A stretch of 64,000 bases of DNA, taken from an uncultured virus (IMG/VR IMGVR_UViG_3300046513_000217). Its lineage: Duplodnaviria; Heunggongvirae; Uroviricota; Caudoviricetes. Of the stretch, positions 48,614 to 57,933 are shown piece by piece; positions within the stretch are counted from its first letter, which is position 1, and every line of letters begins with the position of its first letter. Below the pieces are notes generated by a model. The model was not told where the DNA came from, did no database searches, and saw only the letters and a list, made by a program, of their open reading frames with translations. The stretch lies in IMG/VR virus record IMGVR_UViG_3300046513_000217. The stretch is one strand, 5' to 3'. The translations under genes and the position numbers were made by a program.

Positions 48614-49064
48614 CTTTTCCCCGCTTCTCGAACGGCCGACTGGGCCACTGTTTTTTCCGTCGAGGCGGCGCGGGAGCCTCCACATCGGGGTCCACCTTCG
48701 CCAGCATTCGACGTCTGAACTCTTCGGTCTGTCTGGCGACCCGCTTGGTGTGGGCGATCTCTTGCACGTCACCGCGGGTCAGCTCCTCACTGGAGCCGAA
48801 CGTCTTCTTCGCGTGACAGTCTGCGTGTTTGGCAAAAATGAACTCCGGATCGTTGGACCTCGGATTCGTGTCCTTGATGTCGGCATCCCAGCAGCGGAGC
48901 TGGATCGCCGGGACGTGATCGAATTGCGTGTCGTCCAGCTTGCCCAGTCGCTCGCCACATTTGGCGCACAGACTGTGCTGTCTGATCACCACCTCCAGCT
49001 TCACGGTGACCGGGATGGCCTTCCGGAAGCCTGGAGGTGGGGCGAGGTCGAGGACGCTGGACAT
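48576..49064 (-). CDS. HNH endonuclease-like protein
   Basis: CAKCG...FDH.P...N......H..CH..KT. Confidence 0.7.
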   Translation of the reverse strand: MSSVLDLAPPPGFRKAIPVTVKLEVVIRQHSLCAKCGERLGKLDDTQFDHVPAIQLRCWDADIKDTNPRSNDPEFIFAKHADCHAKKTFGSSEELTRGDVQEIAHTKRVARQTEEFRRRMLAKVDPDVEAPAPPRRKKQWPSRPFEKRGKDGKARSRGQKGS

Positions 49065-49276
49065 TTGCTTTTCCTATTTGCATTCGAGCAAAAGGTCAAG
49101 CAAATGTTTAAGGCTCAGGCAGAGGGAGAGGTACTCTCCCAAGACAACCGTCAGGCGTGGGTAGCCCTTCGATCCAGCCTTTATCGCGAGCGCAGCCGTA
49201 ACTTTTTGGGCAGCCCTCGGGCGGGCAGTGCTTGCTGCCATCCCTATGGCAGAGCCAGATGGTCCAGTCGTCTGCT

Positions 49277-49720
49277 TCAGCCATCGCGGCGATCCGGATC
49301 GAGATAGAGCCGATACTCCAGACCTTCGCGATGCCACTGACCATCGCACACGCCGATGACCTGGTTGGCGGCCAGGAAGTCCTCGTCGGTCATGTCGTCG
49401 TATTCGTACAGCTCCCGCAGTTCCTTGGCGGGAACGAGGTCATTGGACCAGATCAGCTCCGTATTTCCGACCTTGATCTTGGCAAGGCCCGTGATCGAGT
49501 TCTCGATCGTGGAGATGGCGTGGCGCAGGTCTGCCATCTCCGACAGGAGCAGCGCCGCGTTGTTCGGGCCACCGCTAGGGTGAGCGCTCTCGAAGCCAAA
49601 CCGGCCGATCTTGCCATTGGCGCGCAGGACTCTGCCGATGACCTCGACAACCTCGCCGGCTTCCTCGCCGAGGCGATCGACCATGCCCTGGGGCGTGGTG
49701 GGTAGCAGCTTCGGGTTCAT
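49277..49720 (-). CDS. MazG-like domain protein
   Basis: LGEEAGEV...R.G......N...L..E.ADL. Confidence 0.6.
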   Translation of the reverse strand: MNPKLLPTTPQGMVDRLGEEAGEVVEVIGRVLRANGKIGRFGFESAHPSGGPNNAALLLSEMADLRHAISTIENSITGLAKIKVGNTELIWSNDLVPAKELRELYEYDDMTDEDFLAANQVIGVCDGQWHREGLEYRLYLDPDRRDG

Positions 49721-49949
49721 TCGTTCCTCATGGCGCGTTCGACCTGCTCTGGGGTCAGTTGCTTGAACAGGATGCAGATCGCGATCATCCGCTTGGCGTT
49801 CGCATAGAGCTTGATCTGCTCCGGCAGGAGATCGACATCGTAGAGCAGAGATGTCAGGGCCGGAGTGTCGTTGATCTGCTGACGGAAGGGCGCGATGACC
49901 GCGTCAACCGCGGCGGTTTCCTCGTCCGTGACGGTATAGTTGATGACCG

Positions 49950-50495
49950 TCATGCCCGTGCCACCTTCAGTGCGGTTTGGAGGGCTGCCTGGACGCGCCG
50001 GTCGATCTCCTCGTTGGTGATGGCGCTGATCTTGCGGTTGATGCGGTCGTCGATGTTGGCCATGGCCTTCTCATTGACGCGCTCGAAGGCGGCTTGGGCT
50101 GCCGCTGCGACCATCTGCTCGCCCGTGATCGCGTATTCCTTCATCAGGGCACTGATCTGCGTGGATACGGCGTCGTCCAGCCTCTTCTTTGCCTCGGGCT
50201 TGAGGGTGTAGGAGTCGCCGCGCCAAACGTCCTTCTTGACGTTGATCAGGGCAGTCTCGAACATCTGCTCGAAGCGCTTCTTGAAGGTCTCGTTCTCCTT
50301 GATCATGTCGACCAGGGAGTTGGCCTCGCCGCCGAACACGGCCTCGACGAGCTTCAGCACGTCCTTGCTGATGTATTTCTCGAACAGGCGGCGGCAGATC
50401 TCGGCGATGACAGCCTGTTGGAGATCCACCTTGGCTTCGTCGGAGGCGAACAGTGCAGAGACGGCACCGGCATCAAGTTTCAATGCGATAGTCAT
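49950..50495 (-). CDS. Hypothetical helical protein
   Basis: Coupled ORF. Confidence 0.55.
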   Translation of the reverse strand: MTIALKLDAGAVSALFASDEAKVDLQQAVIAEICRRLFEKYISKDVLKLVEAVFGGEANSLVDMIKENETFKKRFEQMFETALINVKKDVWRGDSYTLKPEAKKRLDDAVSTQISALMKEYAITGEQMVAAAAQAAFERVNEKAMANIDDRINRKISAITNEEIDRRVQAALQTALKVARA

Positions 50496-50751
50496 CAGAT
50501 CCAGATCCTTCGGAAGCGAGTTTGATAAGGTTGTTGGCCACGAGCCAGGCCAGCAGGTTGAATGCCGACATCCAGCGGATGCGAGTGCCGTCCTCTTTGA
50601 CCTGGAGGAGCTTGCCTCGCGGAAACTTCGGTGGTGGCTTGAAGCCCTTTGGCAAGGTCAGGACGGTGCCGGCCTCCTTCGCGGGGAGGCCAAGCTTCTT
50701 GGCTGCGTTCAGCGAATTGACGCACAGCTGGGCGAGATCGGCTGGGTTCAT
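50473..50751 (-). CDS. Hypothetical protein
   Basis: Coupled ORF. Confidence 0.5.
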   Translation of the reverse strand: MNPADLAQLCVNSLNAAKKLGLPAKEAGTVLTLPKGFKPPPKFPRGKLLQVKEDGTRIRWMSAFNLLAWLVANNLIKLASEGSGSDDYRIET

Positions 50752-51197
50752 GCGGCTTCCTGCTGCGGAAATCGCGCCCTCAGTTCAGCCTTCACACGAT
50801 CTATGACGCGGCCGGAGAAGTTGTCCGGGTGGCGCGGATCGGTGATGATGCCGTCCGTCAGCTCATTGTCCTCCGCCTCGGTGTAGGGGTTGTTCGCATG
50901 CCACATGCCGTAGTAGTTCCGGATCGACATCGGGGAGAACAGCAAGCAGCCGGCGTGCTCCGGCACCTCCACCTTCGGAGCGAACGGGATCACCCGGTCT
51001 CCGAGCGGCGGGAAGCGCCAGCTCCACGGATCGAGCCAGCGCTGCACAGCGACCGGGTCGGCGCTGACGCGCTTGAGCACGTCGGCGACGACACCGTCCT
51101 CGTCCAGATACTTGCCGAACCACGGATCTTGCTGCGGCTTCTCGTCCTTTCCGACGCCTCGCAGCAGGTTCGAAAGCTTCTTCAGGATTTCCATCAC
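50748..51197 (-). CDS. Hypothetical protein
   Basis: M.IRN.YG.W...NP...HPD..S..VI pattern; coupled ORF. Confidence 0.55.
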   Translation of the reverse strand: MMEILKKLSNLLRGVGKDEKPQQDPWFGKYLDEDGVVADVLKRVSADPVAVQRWLDPWSWRFPPLGDRVIPFAPKVEVPEHAGCLLFSPMSIRNYYGMWHANNPYTEAEDNELTDGIITDPRHPDNFSGRVIDRVKAELRARFPQQEAA

Positions 51198-51712
51198 GCA
51201 ACCTCTTGGTCGGAACGCTCGTCGTTGTCGTTGGCGGCGTCTTTGTAGTTGGATTTGGCCCGAGCCTCTTTCATCAGCTCTTCGAGATCGAGCCCGGGGA
51301 TGACGGCACTGGCAATGATCTCCATCGCCGTATCGAAGTAGACCTTGAACTCCTCTTCCGGCATCGCATCGAACGCCGTGGAGGAGGGGAAGTAGATGAA
51401 CTCGCCTGCCATGGTCACGACCGGCTCGGTGACATTGCAGGCCAGCAGCAGCGATTTGTGGAGCGCGTCCTCGGTAGAGAACTTGTCGGTGTTATCGACG
51501 ACGATCCTCAGAGCCACTCGGTACAGGCGGTGCCTCGGACCACTGCGGGGCTGTGCAAGCTGGATGCGGAGGGGAACGCCCTCCGGAAACCGCTCCAGCA
51601 TTTCGACGTCGTAGGGAGCGTGCGGCACCAGCACAGGAGAGCTGAAGCCATCCACGAACGTCTTTCTGAAGAGCATCCACATGCTCTTGGACTTGTTACT
51701 TGCCTTGCTCAT
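51194..51712 (-). CDS. DUF1367/NinB-like recombination accessory protein
   Basis: PRS...HRLY, P.S.AFDAM.EEEF..YF. Confidence 0.65.
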   Translation of the reverse strand: MSKASNKSKSMWMLFRKTFVDGFSSPVLVPHAPYDVEMLERFPEGVPLRIQLAQPRSGPRHRLYRVALRIVVDNTDKFSTEDALHKSLLLACNVTEPVVTMAGEFIYFPSSTAFDAMPEEEFKVYFDTAMEIIASAVIPGLDLEELMKEARAKSNYKDAANDNDERSDQEVA

Positions 51713-52108
51713 TGCGTCCTCAGATCAGCGGGAGTTGCCGCGCCTTGTGCTTGCGCGGGGCCGGCGGCGGCGGTGCGTCCTTGGCAATCTCACCAAGATC
51801 CCGGATGTGGTCGCGGCAGGCGTTGGCCAGCGCGTCGATCTGCTCCTGGGACAGCTCGTACTTCTCCCGGTGGGCGGTCTCGTCCGACCACCAGGCACGA
51901 AGAGCGCTGGCGCTGCGCGCAGTCTTGATTGCGAACAGCGCCATCTGGCAGTAAGCCTCAGCTCGGGTCATGCCACTTGCCGAGAAATCTCGCCGCCTGC
52001 TCGTAGAAGGGCAACCAGCCACCTTGATGCACGGTGCTCTGGTTGGCCTTGAGCCAGTTGCGGTACAGCTTCTTGGCCAGCTGCACCGCCTTGTCGTCGT
52101 GCTTCGGA

Positions 52109-52957
52109 TTAGCCATTCGCGGCTTCCTTCGCCGGCTTGGACCAGCCGAGATCCTTCAGGCGCTGGGTAGCGAAGGCACGCAGCTCCGAGACCTCGTCCT
52201 TCGACATCTCAGCCATCAAGGCCTTCACGTCCTTGCTGTTCATGAAGTCCGTGACCTGCTTGATCTCCTTGCAGTTCCGCAGGTCGGTCTCGGCCTTGAT
52301 GATCTGGTCCTCGATGCGATTGCCGCCACGCTGCTCGCCGCCATCGCTGCGGTTGTCGTTGCTGGCCTGATCGCGGCGATCATCGCGGCGGTTGTCCTGA
52401 CGATCATCACGACGGTCGTCACGGTCGTCACGGTCGCCCCGGTCATCACGGCTATCGCCACGCGCCGGGCTCTTGAAGTCGTCAGCTTCCTCGGACGAGT
52501 AGGCGTCGCCGTGCAGATCGGCCAGCTTGAGGATGACGCGATCCTTCGCCCGCTTCTCGGCCATGGCGTACGGATAGGCAGCCTGGGAACCGCTGACGAT
52601 GTAGTTGCCGAAGCAGCCATCCTTCGGCTCCTTGATCGGCTTGTTCCAGTTGTTCTTCCTGCCGGTGTCGATCAGCTGGGTGATCTTGGCCTCGCCGATG
52701 GACCACTCCATCTTGTCACCGACGCTGCCGAACACGATGATCACAGCCTCGTCAGCCTCAGCGCGGATGATCTGCGGCTTGTCGTAGCGGATGCCCATCG
52801 CAGCACCGAGGCGCTCGACGTCCTTGTGCTTGACGACCGGAGTGCCCTGGACTTCCCAGATGGCATCCTTGTCGATGTCGACCTTGTGCTTGTCGAAGAC
52901 GTCGTAGATCTTGTCGAGCCGGGCGCGATTGTTCCCGTTGTTGTTCTGACGTGCCAT
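52109..52957 (-). CDS. Putative single-strand annealing protein with RD-rich linker
   Basis: WSIGEA...YPYAMAEKRAKDRVILKL..L.G..YS.EEADDF; adjacent to exonuclease. Confidence 0.65.
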   Translation of the reverse strand: MARQNNNGNNRARLDKIYDVFDKHKVDIDKDAIWEVQGTPVVKHKDVERLGAAMGIRYDKPQIIRAEADEAVIIVFGSVGDKMEWSIGEAKITQLIDTGRKNNWNKPIKEPKDGCFGNYIVSGSQAAYPYAMAEKRAKDRVILKLADLHGDAYSSEEADDFKSPARGDSRDDRGDRDDRDDRRDDRQDNRRDDRRDQASNDNRSDGGEQRGGNRIEDQIIKAETDLRNCKEIKQVTDFMNSKDVKALMAEMSKDEVSELRAFATQRLKDLGWSKPAKEAANG

Positions 52958-52968
52958 CGTGGCCTCCG

Positions 52969-53940
52969 TTATGCCGCTTCTTCAGCGGCGGGTTTCTCGT
53001 TGGTGTTGGCGGCTTCCGGCTTCTTGCGGGAGGCCCGGGGTTTCGGCGCAGGCTTCTCTTCCTCAACCGGCGGCGGCAGGTTCGCGGCGTCAGCCACGGC
53101 CTCCTTGATGGCCTCCTCGTCGAACTTGATCAGCTGCTTGCCGTCCTTCGACAGGTTGATCGCAACGCCCTTGCCGGCTGCCGACTTAGCGTCGGCCGGG
53201 AAGAGCTTCTTGATCGCCTTCTTCGCCTTCTCGTGCCTCTCGACAGACGGCTTCGTGCTGAGCAGCGTGAAGGCCAGATCGCACCACTCGTTGTTGGTGG
53301 TCATGTCGTGGATCTTGATGCGCTCGGCGATCGGGATCTCGATCTTCGGCGCGCCCGGCGTGCGGCCGGTGACGACGCAGTCCCAGAAGTCCTTCTCGGC
53401 TTCGAGCAGGGCGAGCTGGTAGAACAGGTCAGCCTCGACATCGAGAATGACGTGCTGAGCGGCGCCGGTCAGGATCGACAGGTATCCCTTCGGCAGATCC
53501 GTCACCATCATGTTGTGCTGGACCTGCGGGTAATACTTCTCGTACGCCTCCTGCTTGTTGAAGCCGAAGGGGAACATGAACTTGAACTCGACGATGGCGA
53601 TCGGGTCCGACTCCGGCGTCCGGCGCACCAAGCCGTCGAGCGTCGTGTGAGCCAGCTCCCAGGCGTAGTAGTGGACCTTCTTCTGCTCGTCGGTGACGTG
53701 CATATCCATCTCGTCCTCGAACAAGTCGGCGTTCAGAGGCTCGGTCAGGTTGCCAAGGTTGATCAGGATCACCTCGTCGAGGTTCTCCGGAACAGCTTCG
53801 CCGCGCTTCTCCAGCCACAGGCGCTCGATCGCGTCCTGGTCGCCGGACATGATGATCTTGGCGTCGGATCCGCCGATCGACTTCATACGGGCGGCGCGAG
53901 CCTCTTCGCTCATGCCGATGTGGCCAGTTCGCTTCCTCAT
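52969..53940 (-). CDS. YqaJ-like (lambda-exonuclease family) nuclease
   Basis: IGGSDA, LW.EK.G, G...EP, TLDG, EFK, Y.PQVQH.M.V. Confidence 0.85.
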   Translation of the reverse strand: MRKRTGHIGMSEEARAARMKSIGGSDAKIIMSGDQDAIERLWLEKRGEAVPENLDEVILINLGNLTEPLNADLFEDEMDMHVTDEQKKVHYYAWELAHTTLDGLVRRTPESDPIAIVEFKFMFPFGFNKQEAYEKYYPQVQHNMMVTDLPKGYLSILTGAAQHVILDVEADLFYQLALLEAEKDFWDCVVTGRTPGAPKIEIPIAERIKIHDMTTNNEWCDLAFTLLSTKPSVERHEKAKKAIKKLFPADAKSAAGKGVAINLSKDGKQLIKFDEEAIKEAVADAANLPPPVEEEKPAPKPRASRKKPEAANTNEKPAAEEAA

Positions 53941-53969
53941 GGTGCAAATCCTTGCATTCAAACAAATGG

Positions 53970-54644
53970 TTAGACGTACTCGCGCCAGATGGCCTTATCG
54001 CCGAGCGTCTCGACGAAAGCCCTATGGGCGGTGATTTCCTCGTTGGTCAGGCGCTTCGACAGCGGCGTGGGCCGCTGCAGAGTCTTTGGCGTTGCGAACT
54101 GCTCCTCTTCCTTGAGGAGGTCCATCTGCATTCCGAATTGCCGGCCGCCGCACATCTCCACGTAGACCTGAGCCAGAAGCTCGGAGTCGAGGAGAGCGCC
54201 GTGCGTCGTTCTTCTCGATGCGTCGATGCCGTAGACCGAGCAGAGCGCATCAAGGGTGTGCCGGCGTCGAGGATGGATCTTCTTCGCCAACTCCAGAGTG
54301 TCGACCACCTCGTTCTCAAGCGGGGCAATGTCGAGCCTGTCCAGCTCTTCATTGATCATCCCCATGTCGAAGGACGCATTGTGGATCACCAGCCTGGCGC
54401 CCTCGATAAAGCTCAAGAACCGGTTGTGGATCCGCTTGAAGGTCGGCTTCGTGCGAAGAAAGACGTCGCTGAGGCCGTGGACCTTGTAGGCTTCCTTGTG
54501 AACGGGGACGGTCGGGTTGCAGTATTGGTGGTAGACCCGTTCGGTCGGCACCATGTCGACCATCTCGACACAGCCGATCTCGCAGATTCGATCGGTCTTC
54601 CGGTCGAGCCCCGTGGTCTCTGTGTCGAGAATGATTTCCCTCAT
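53970..54644 (-). CDS. dnaQ: DNA polymerase III epsilon-like 3'-5' exonuclease
   Basis: LDTETTGL, HNASFD, HGALLDS; C-terminal H..F......AIW. Confidence 0.9.
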   Translation of the reverse strand: MREIILDTETTGLDRKTDRICEIGCVEMVDMVPTERVYHQYCNPTVPVHKEAYKVHGLSDVFLRTKPTFKRIHNRFLSFIEGARLVIHNASFDMGMINEELDRLDIAPLENEVVDTLELAKKIHPRRRHTLDALCSVYGIDASRRTTHGALLDSELLAQVYVEMCGGRQFGMQMDLLKEEEQFATPKTLQRPTPLSKRLTNEEITAHRAFVETLGDKAIWREYV

Positions 54645-54878
54645 CGTCGCGATACTCTCCTGGTGAACGGGTCGATCCCGTCCTCACGCATCTGGACGTT
54701 CATTTGGTGATGCACCCGATCCAAGACGGCTTCGGATGCAGCGAGATAGGCGGACCGCGCCAGGTCGATTTCGTGCGGCGATGCTCCAGCGAGGACCGCC
54801 GCCTGAAACCGTGCCAGAGTGGACGTCTGAACATGCAAAGCGGAATGCATGTTCAGGTAGGCGTCCGCCCCTTCCTGG

Positions 54879-55514
54879 CTACGCTGCGCCACGAGCCGCG
54901 GTCTTTTCGAGCTCGATGCCGGTCCGCACTTCAAAGCGGCGCAGCAGCGCGATGACTTCGTCCGCGTTGAACTTCGAGTAGAGACCGTCCAGCGACGCCG
55001 GCTGATCCTTGAAGAAGGTCGAGGTCGGCTTCTCGATCGGATAGATGTCCTCGAACTGGACCAGCATCAGCACCGTGTCGTTGCCGGCGATGCGGATGGT
55101 GTGCAGGTCATCGGCCTGCATGTAGTAGGACTCGCCGTTGATGAACCGGCTGCGGTGAGCCTCGTACAGCATCTCCTCACCAGCGAAGGTGAAGCCGTTG
55201 CCGCCGTTCATCGGGGTGCGGTATTCGAACCAGTTGAAGATCTTGCCCAGTTCGTCGTTCATGGTCCGGCGGAACCAGACGTTCTCGACCGCGCCGGCCG
55301 CGACGTAGGTCTCGAAGTCGTAGCGATGATCGTGCGGCGCGATGACCTCGGGCATGGAGTTCACGTCGCCGTCGAAGAAGTACAGCTTGACCGTCTCCGT
55401 CTCCGAACGCTGGAGGCAGAGATAGTGGAAGCCCTTGGTGTGGAGGTCCTTGAAGGAATGCTCGACGATATGGTCGATATCCAGTCTCTGGGGGATCGGC
55501 AGATCACGCAGCAT
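54879..55514 (-). CDS. Cupin-fold protein
   Basis: PHDHRYDF...LHTI His motif; overlaps radical SAM gene. Confidence 0.6.
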   Translation of the reverse strand: MLRDLPIPQRLDIDHIVEHSFKDLHTKGFHYLCLQRSETETVKLYFFDGDVNSMPEVIAPHDHRYDFETYVAAGAVENVWFRRTMNDELGKIFNWFEYRTPMNGGNGFTFAGEEMLYEAHRSRFINGESYYMQADDLHTIRIAGNDTVLMLVQFEDIYPIEKPTSTFFKDQPASLDGLYSKFNADEVIALLRRFEVRTGIELEKTAARGAA

Positions 55515-56457
55515 CGATAGCTCCTGGGGTGTGAACGAGGGGAAGGCCGCGGCCGATGCTCGGCTTGGCCAATTCGGGGTGTTCCTTCATCCAGTTCTGG
55601 ACGAACCAGAGCTGGCCGCAGCCGCCGCCGATGGTGTCCTGGCCGGCAGGATCGAACACACGGACGTCGAAGCCGCGCTCGACCAGCTTGATGCTGAAGT
55701 CGCTCGCCAGCCCGCGCTGGTGGTCGTTGGTGGCCGGCAGGCCTTCGGAGCGCTCGCAGACCACGCTGACGGTGGCGTTCCAGATCTGCGGATCGAACAG
55801 CGCCAACAGCCGATCAGCGTCCTCTGCCGAGGAGTTGCCGTCGTGGGCGCAGTAGTTGAAGAACGGGTGGCGGCCGGTGACCTCGTTCCAGATCTTGCCT
55901 TCGCGGGCGATCTGAGCGAGCGTCAGCTTTGCCTTGAACGGAACCAGGGCGTCACGGGCAGCGTCCGTCGACTCGTGGACGGAGAACTGCAGGCCGATCG
56001 TCGGGATCTCCATCGAGATTTCCCGCACCATCTCGTAGTTGATGCTGGGCGCCGAGGTCGAGATCAGCAACGCGGCGTTGGGATAGTTCTTGTAGAGCTG
56101 GCGGAGCGCCGGGATCAGGCCCTTCAGGTTCAGGAGCGGCTCGCCCATGGACATGAACATGATCTGGAGACGCTTCATCTCCGAAGCGCGGATGCCGGTC
56201 TGCTCGATGGAGTGGCCGACCTGGTCGACGATCTCCTCGGTGGACAGCGATCTGACGAAGTTGTCGCCGGCACCGCAGAAGCGGCAGCCGACCGGGCAGC
56301 CCGATTGCGTCGAGCAGCAGATCACGGTGCGCGTGGCATAGTCGGGGTACTTGTAGAGCACCGACTCCGCGACTGCGGTGGCGCTGCTGAACACGAACTT
56401 CGCAACGTTCTGGGCAGCATCGTCGATGCGCCTCACGTTGGTCCAGGTCTGTCTCAT
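55504..56457 (-). CDS. RlmN/Cfr-like radical SAM methyltransferase
   Basis: CCSTQSGCPVGCRFC, MSMGEPLLN, GGCGQL. Confidence 0.85.
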   Translation of the reverse strand: MRQTWTNVRRIDDAAQNVAKFVFSSATAVAESVLYKYPDYATRTVICCSTQSGCPVGCRFCGAGDNFVRSLSTEEIVDQVGHSIEQTGIRASEMKRLQIMFMSMGEPLLNLKGLIPALRQLYKNYPNAALLISTSAPSINYEMVREISMEIPTIGLQFSVHESTDAARDALVPFKAKLTLAQIAREGKIWNEVTGRHPFFNYCAHDGNSSAEDADRLLALFDPQIWNATVSVVCERSEGLPATNDHQRGLASDFSIKLVERGFDVRVFDPAGQDTIGGGCGQLWFVQNWMKEHPELAKPSIGRGLPLVHTPGAIDAA

Positions 56458-57044
56458 GCGTAAAATTCCTTGAAAGCGATACCGTCCGCCGGAACGATGC
56501 CGGGGGTTTTCTTCAGGCCGGTCAGGATGAAACCGATCGTCCTGGTGCGAATGTCGTAGGAGACCTGCCGATCCCGCGTGCGGGGGCTGGTCGGCCGGTA
56601 GATCTTGTGGACCAGCTCGGAGTCGCCGCCGCGAGCGAGGGCGATTGCAGCCTTGCTCAGGCGCTCCGGGATGCGGGCAGAGTTGAGGAAGCGCATCCAG
56701 GCGAGGACGCCGAGAGCGCGATCAACGTCGTTCCGCTGCGGCGAGGTCTTGGCCTTGCCGTCGAATGGCTTCATGGCGCAGAGCAGCCTGATCTTCTCGA
56801 TCTCGACCATCTCGGCACGCGACATGCCGACCATGTTCCAGCCGCCAGATCTCTGACCGGACGTAAGCCATCGCCGCTCAGTGTCCGGCGTCTTGTCGAT
56901 GACCTCGACGGCCTCGACGAGAAGTTGCCAGATCACGTCGGAATGACGCGCTTGATCACCCTTCAGCGCCACAGCCAGCTCGCCACCATGGGCGAGCCAG
57001 CCGAGCGTGTTCGTGCGATCCTCAAGCAGGGACGAAGTTGTCAT
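56454..57044 (-). CDS. Hypothetical protein
   Basis: Coupled ORF. Confidence 0.55.
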   Translation of the reverse strand: MTTSSLLEDRTNTLGWLAHGGELAVALKGDQARHSDVIWQLLVEAVEVIDKTPDTERRWLTSGQRSGGWNMVGMSRAEMVEIEKIRLLCAMKPFDGKAKTSPQRNDVDRALGVLAWMRFLNSARIPERLSKAAIALARGGDSELVHKIYRPTSPRTRDRQVSYDIRTRTIGFILTGLKKTPGIVPADGIAFKEFYA

Positions 57045-57372
57045 TCCTGATATCCGAGCCCGTGGTTTTGCTGCCGGAGACCCGGCGGCGGGTTGCGCGG
57101 TATTCGAAGAGGTTCGCGCCGATGCGGAGCTGCGTCAGATGAAGCAGGCCCTGCTTCGAGTCCTTGAAGGCTCGATCGGCAACGAAGTGGAGAGCGCTGA
57201 TGCGAGCGCGCTCGGTTGAGCGGAGGACGTCATCGGCCGAGACCACCACCTGACGGTCGTACTGGAGGTCGCCCTGCCAGTAGACGAGGACGTCGCCATC
57301 GGCAGCGCCCTTCATCCAGTCGTAGTATTCAGCCAACGCGCCCGGACCGATTTCCAGGACGGTTCTCGTCAT
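57022..57372 (-). CDS. Hypothetical protein
   Basis: W...A..GD..VY..G.L...L.Q.R.....FEY.A.R. Confidence 0.55.
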   Translation of the reverse strand: MTRTVLEIGPGALAEYYDWMKGAADGDVLVYWQGDLQYDRQVVVSADDVLRSTERARISALHFVADRAFKDSKQGLLHLTQLRIGANLFEYRATRRRVSGSKTTGSDIRNDNFVPA

Positions 57373-57779
57373 TGCGCCACCAGCTCCGTCAGCAGAGCTG
57401 CGTGGATCTCGACGACCGTCGTCAGGCCCTCGATGATGCGACCGAGCTGAGCGACAGCCTCGATCTTGTCATCCTGGGACATTTCGATCGGATCGAAGTC
57501 GAAGTCCGGCTCGAACACGACTTCCAGCTCGTCCTCGTCGTCCTCGTCGGCGGGGTCGGTCTCGTCGCCGCTGTCGCGGGCGAGGCCGGGATCGAACTGC
57601 GCGGTCAGGAAGTCGGGGAAGCCCGAGCCCTCACCGAGGCACAAGCCGGGCGGGCAGTCGCACAGCTCAGGCTTCTCGCCGAAGGCGCCGAGCAGGGTCA
57701 GGAAGCTGAGCAGCTCCGGGGACCAGCCAGCCTTGGCCAGGGCGTCCGCGCTGATGTCTTCCGGGTTGAAGGCTTTCAT
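57369..57779 (-). CDS. Acidic hypothetical protein
   Basis: GGAG RBS following a motif copy. Confidence 0.5.
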   Translation of the reverse strand: MKAFNPEDISADALAKAGWSPELLSFLTLLGAFGEKPELCDCPPGLCLGEGSGFPDFLTAQFDPGLARDSGDETDPADEDDEDELEVVFEPDFDFDPIEMSQDDKIEAVAQLGRIIEGLTTVVEIHAALLTELVAQ

Positions 57780-57817
57780 TCGTACTCCGTTTGCAATCGT
57801 GCAAATCATTGGATGTG

Positions 57818-57860
57818 AAAAAGGGGCGCCCTGGCACGCACAACCAAAACAGGGCGCCCC
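57818..57860 (-). terminator. Terminator after ssb
   Basis: ggggcgccctg/cagggcgcccc stem with A-run on + strand. Confidence 0.65.
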
Positions 57861-57933
57861 TCGATATTCCCCGCTCAACGGGGAAGCTCAGATCAGTCCG
57901 AACCGCATCCGGTCCAGGGTCGACAGCCGTTCA

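Noticed and set aside
55504..56457. Calling the radical SAM gene a cfr resistance gene
   Set aside because: The motifs are shared across the RlmN/Cfr family; C8 specificity cannot be inferred from sequence by eye.
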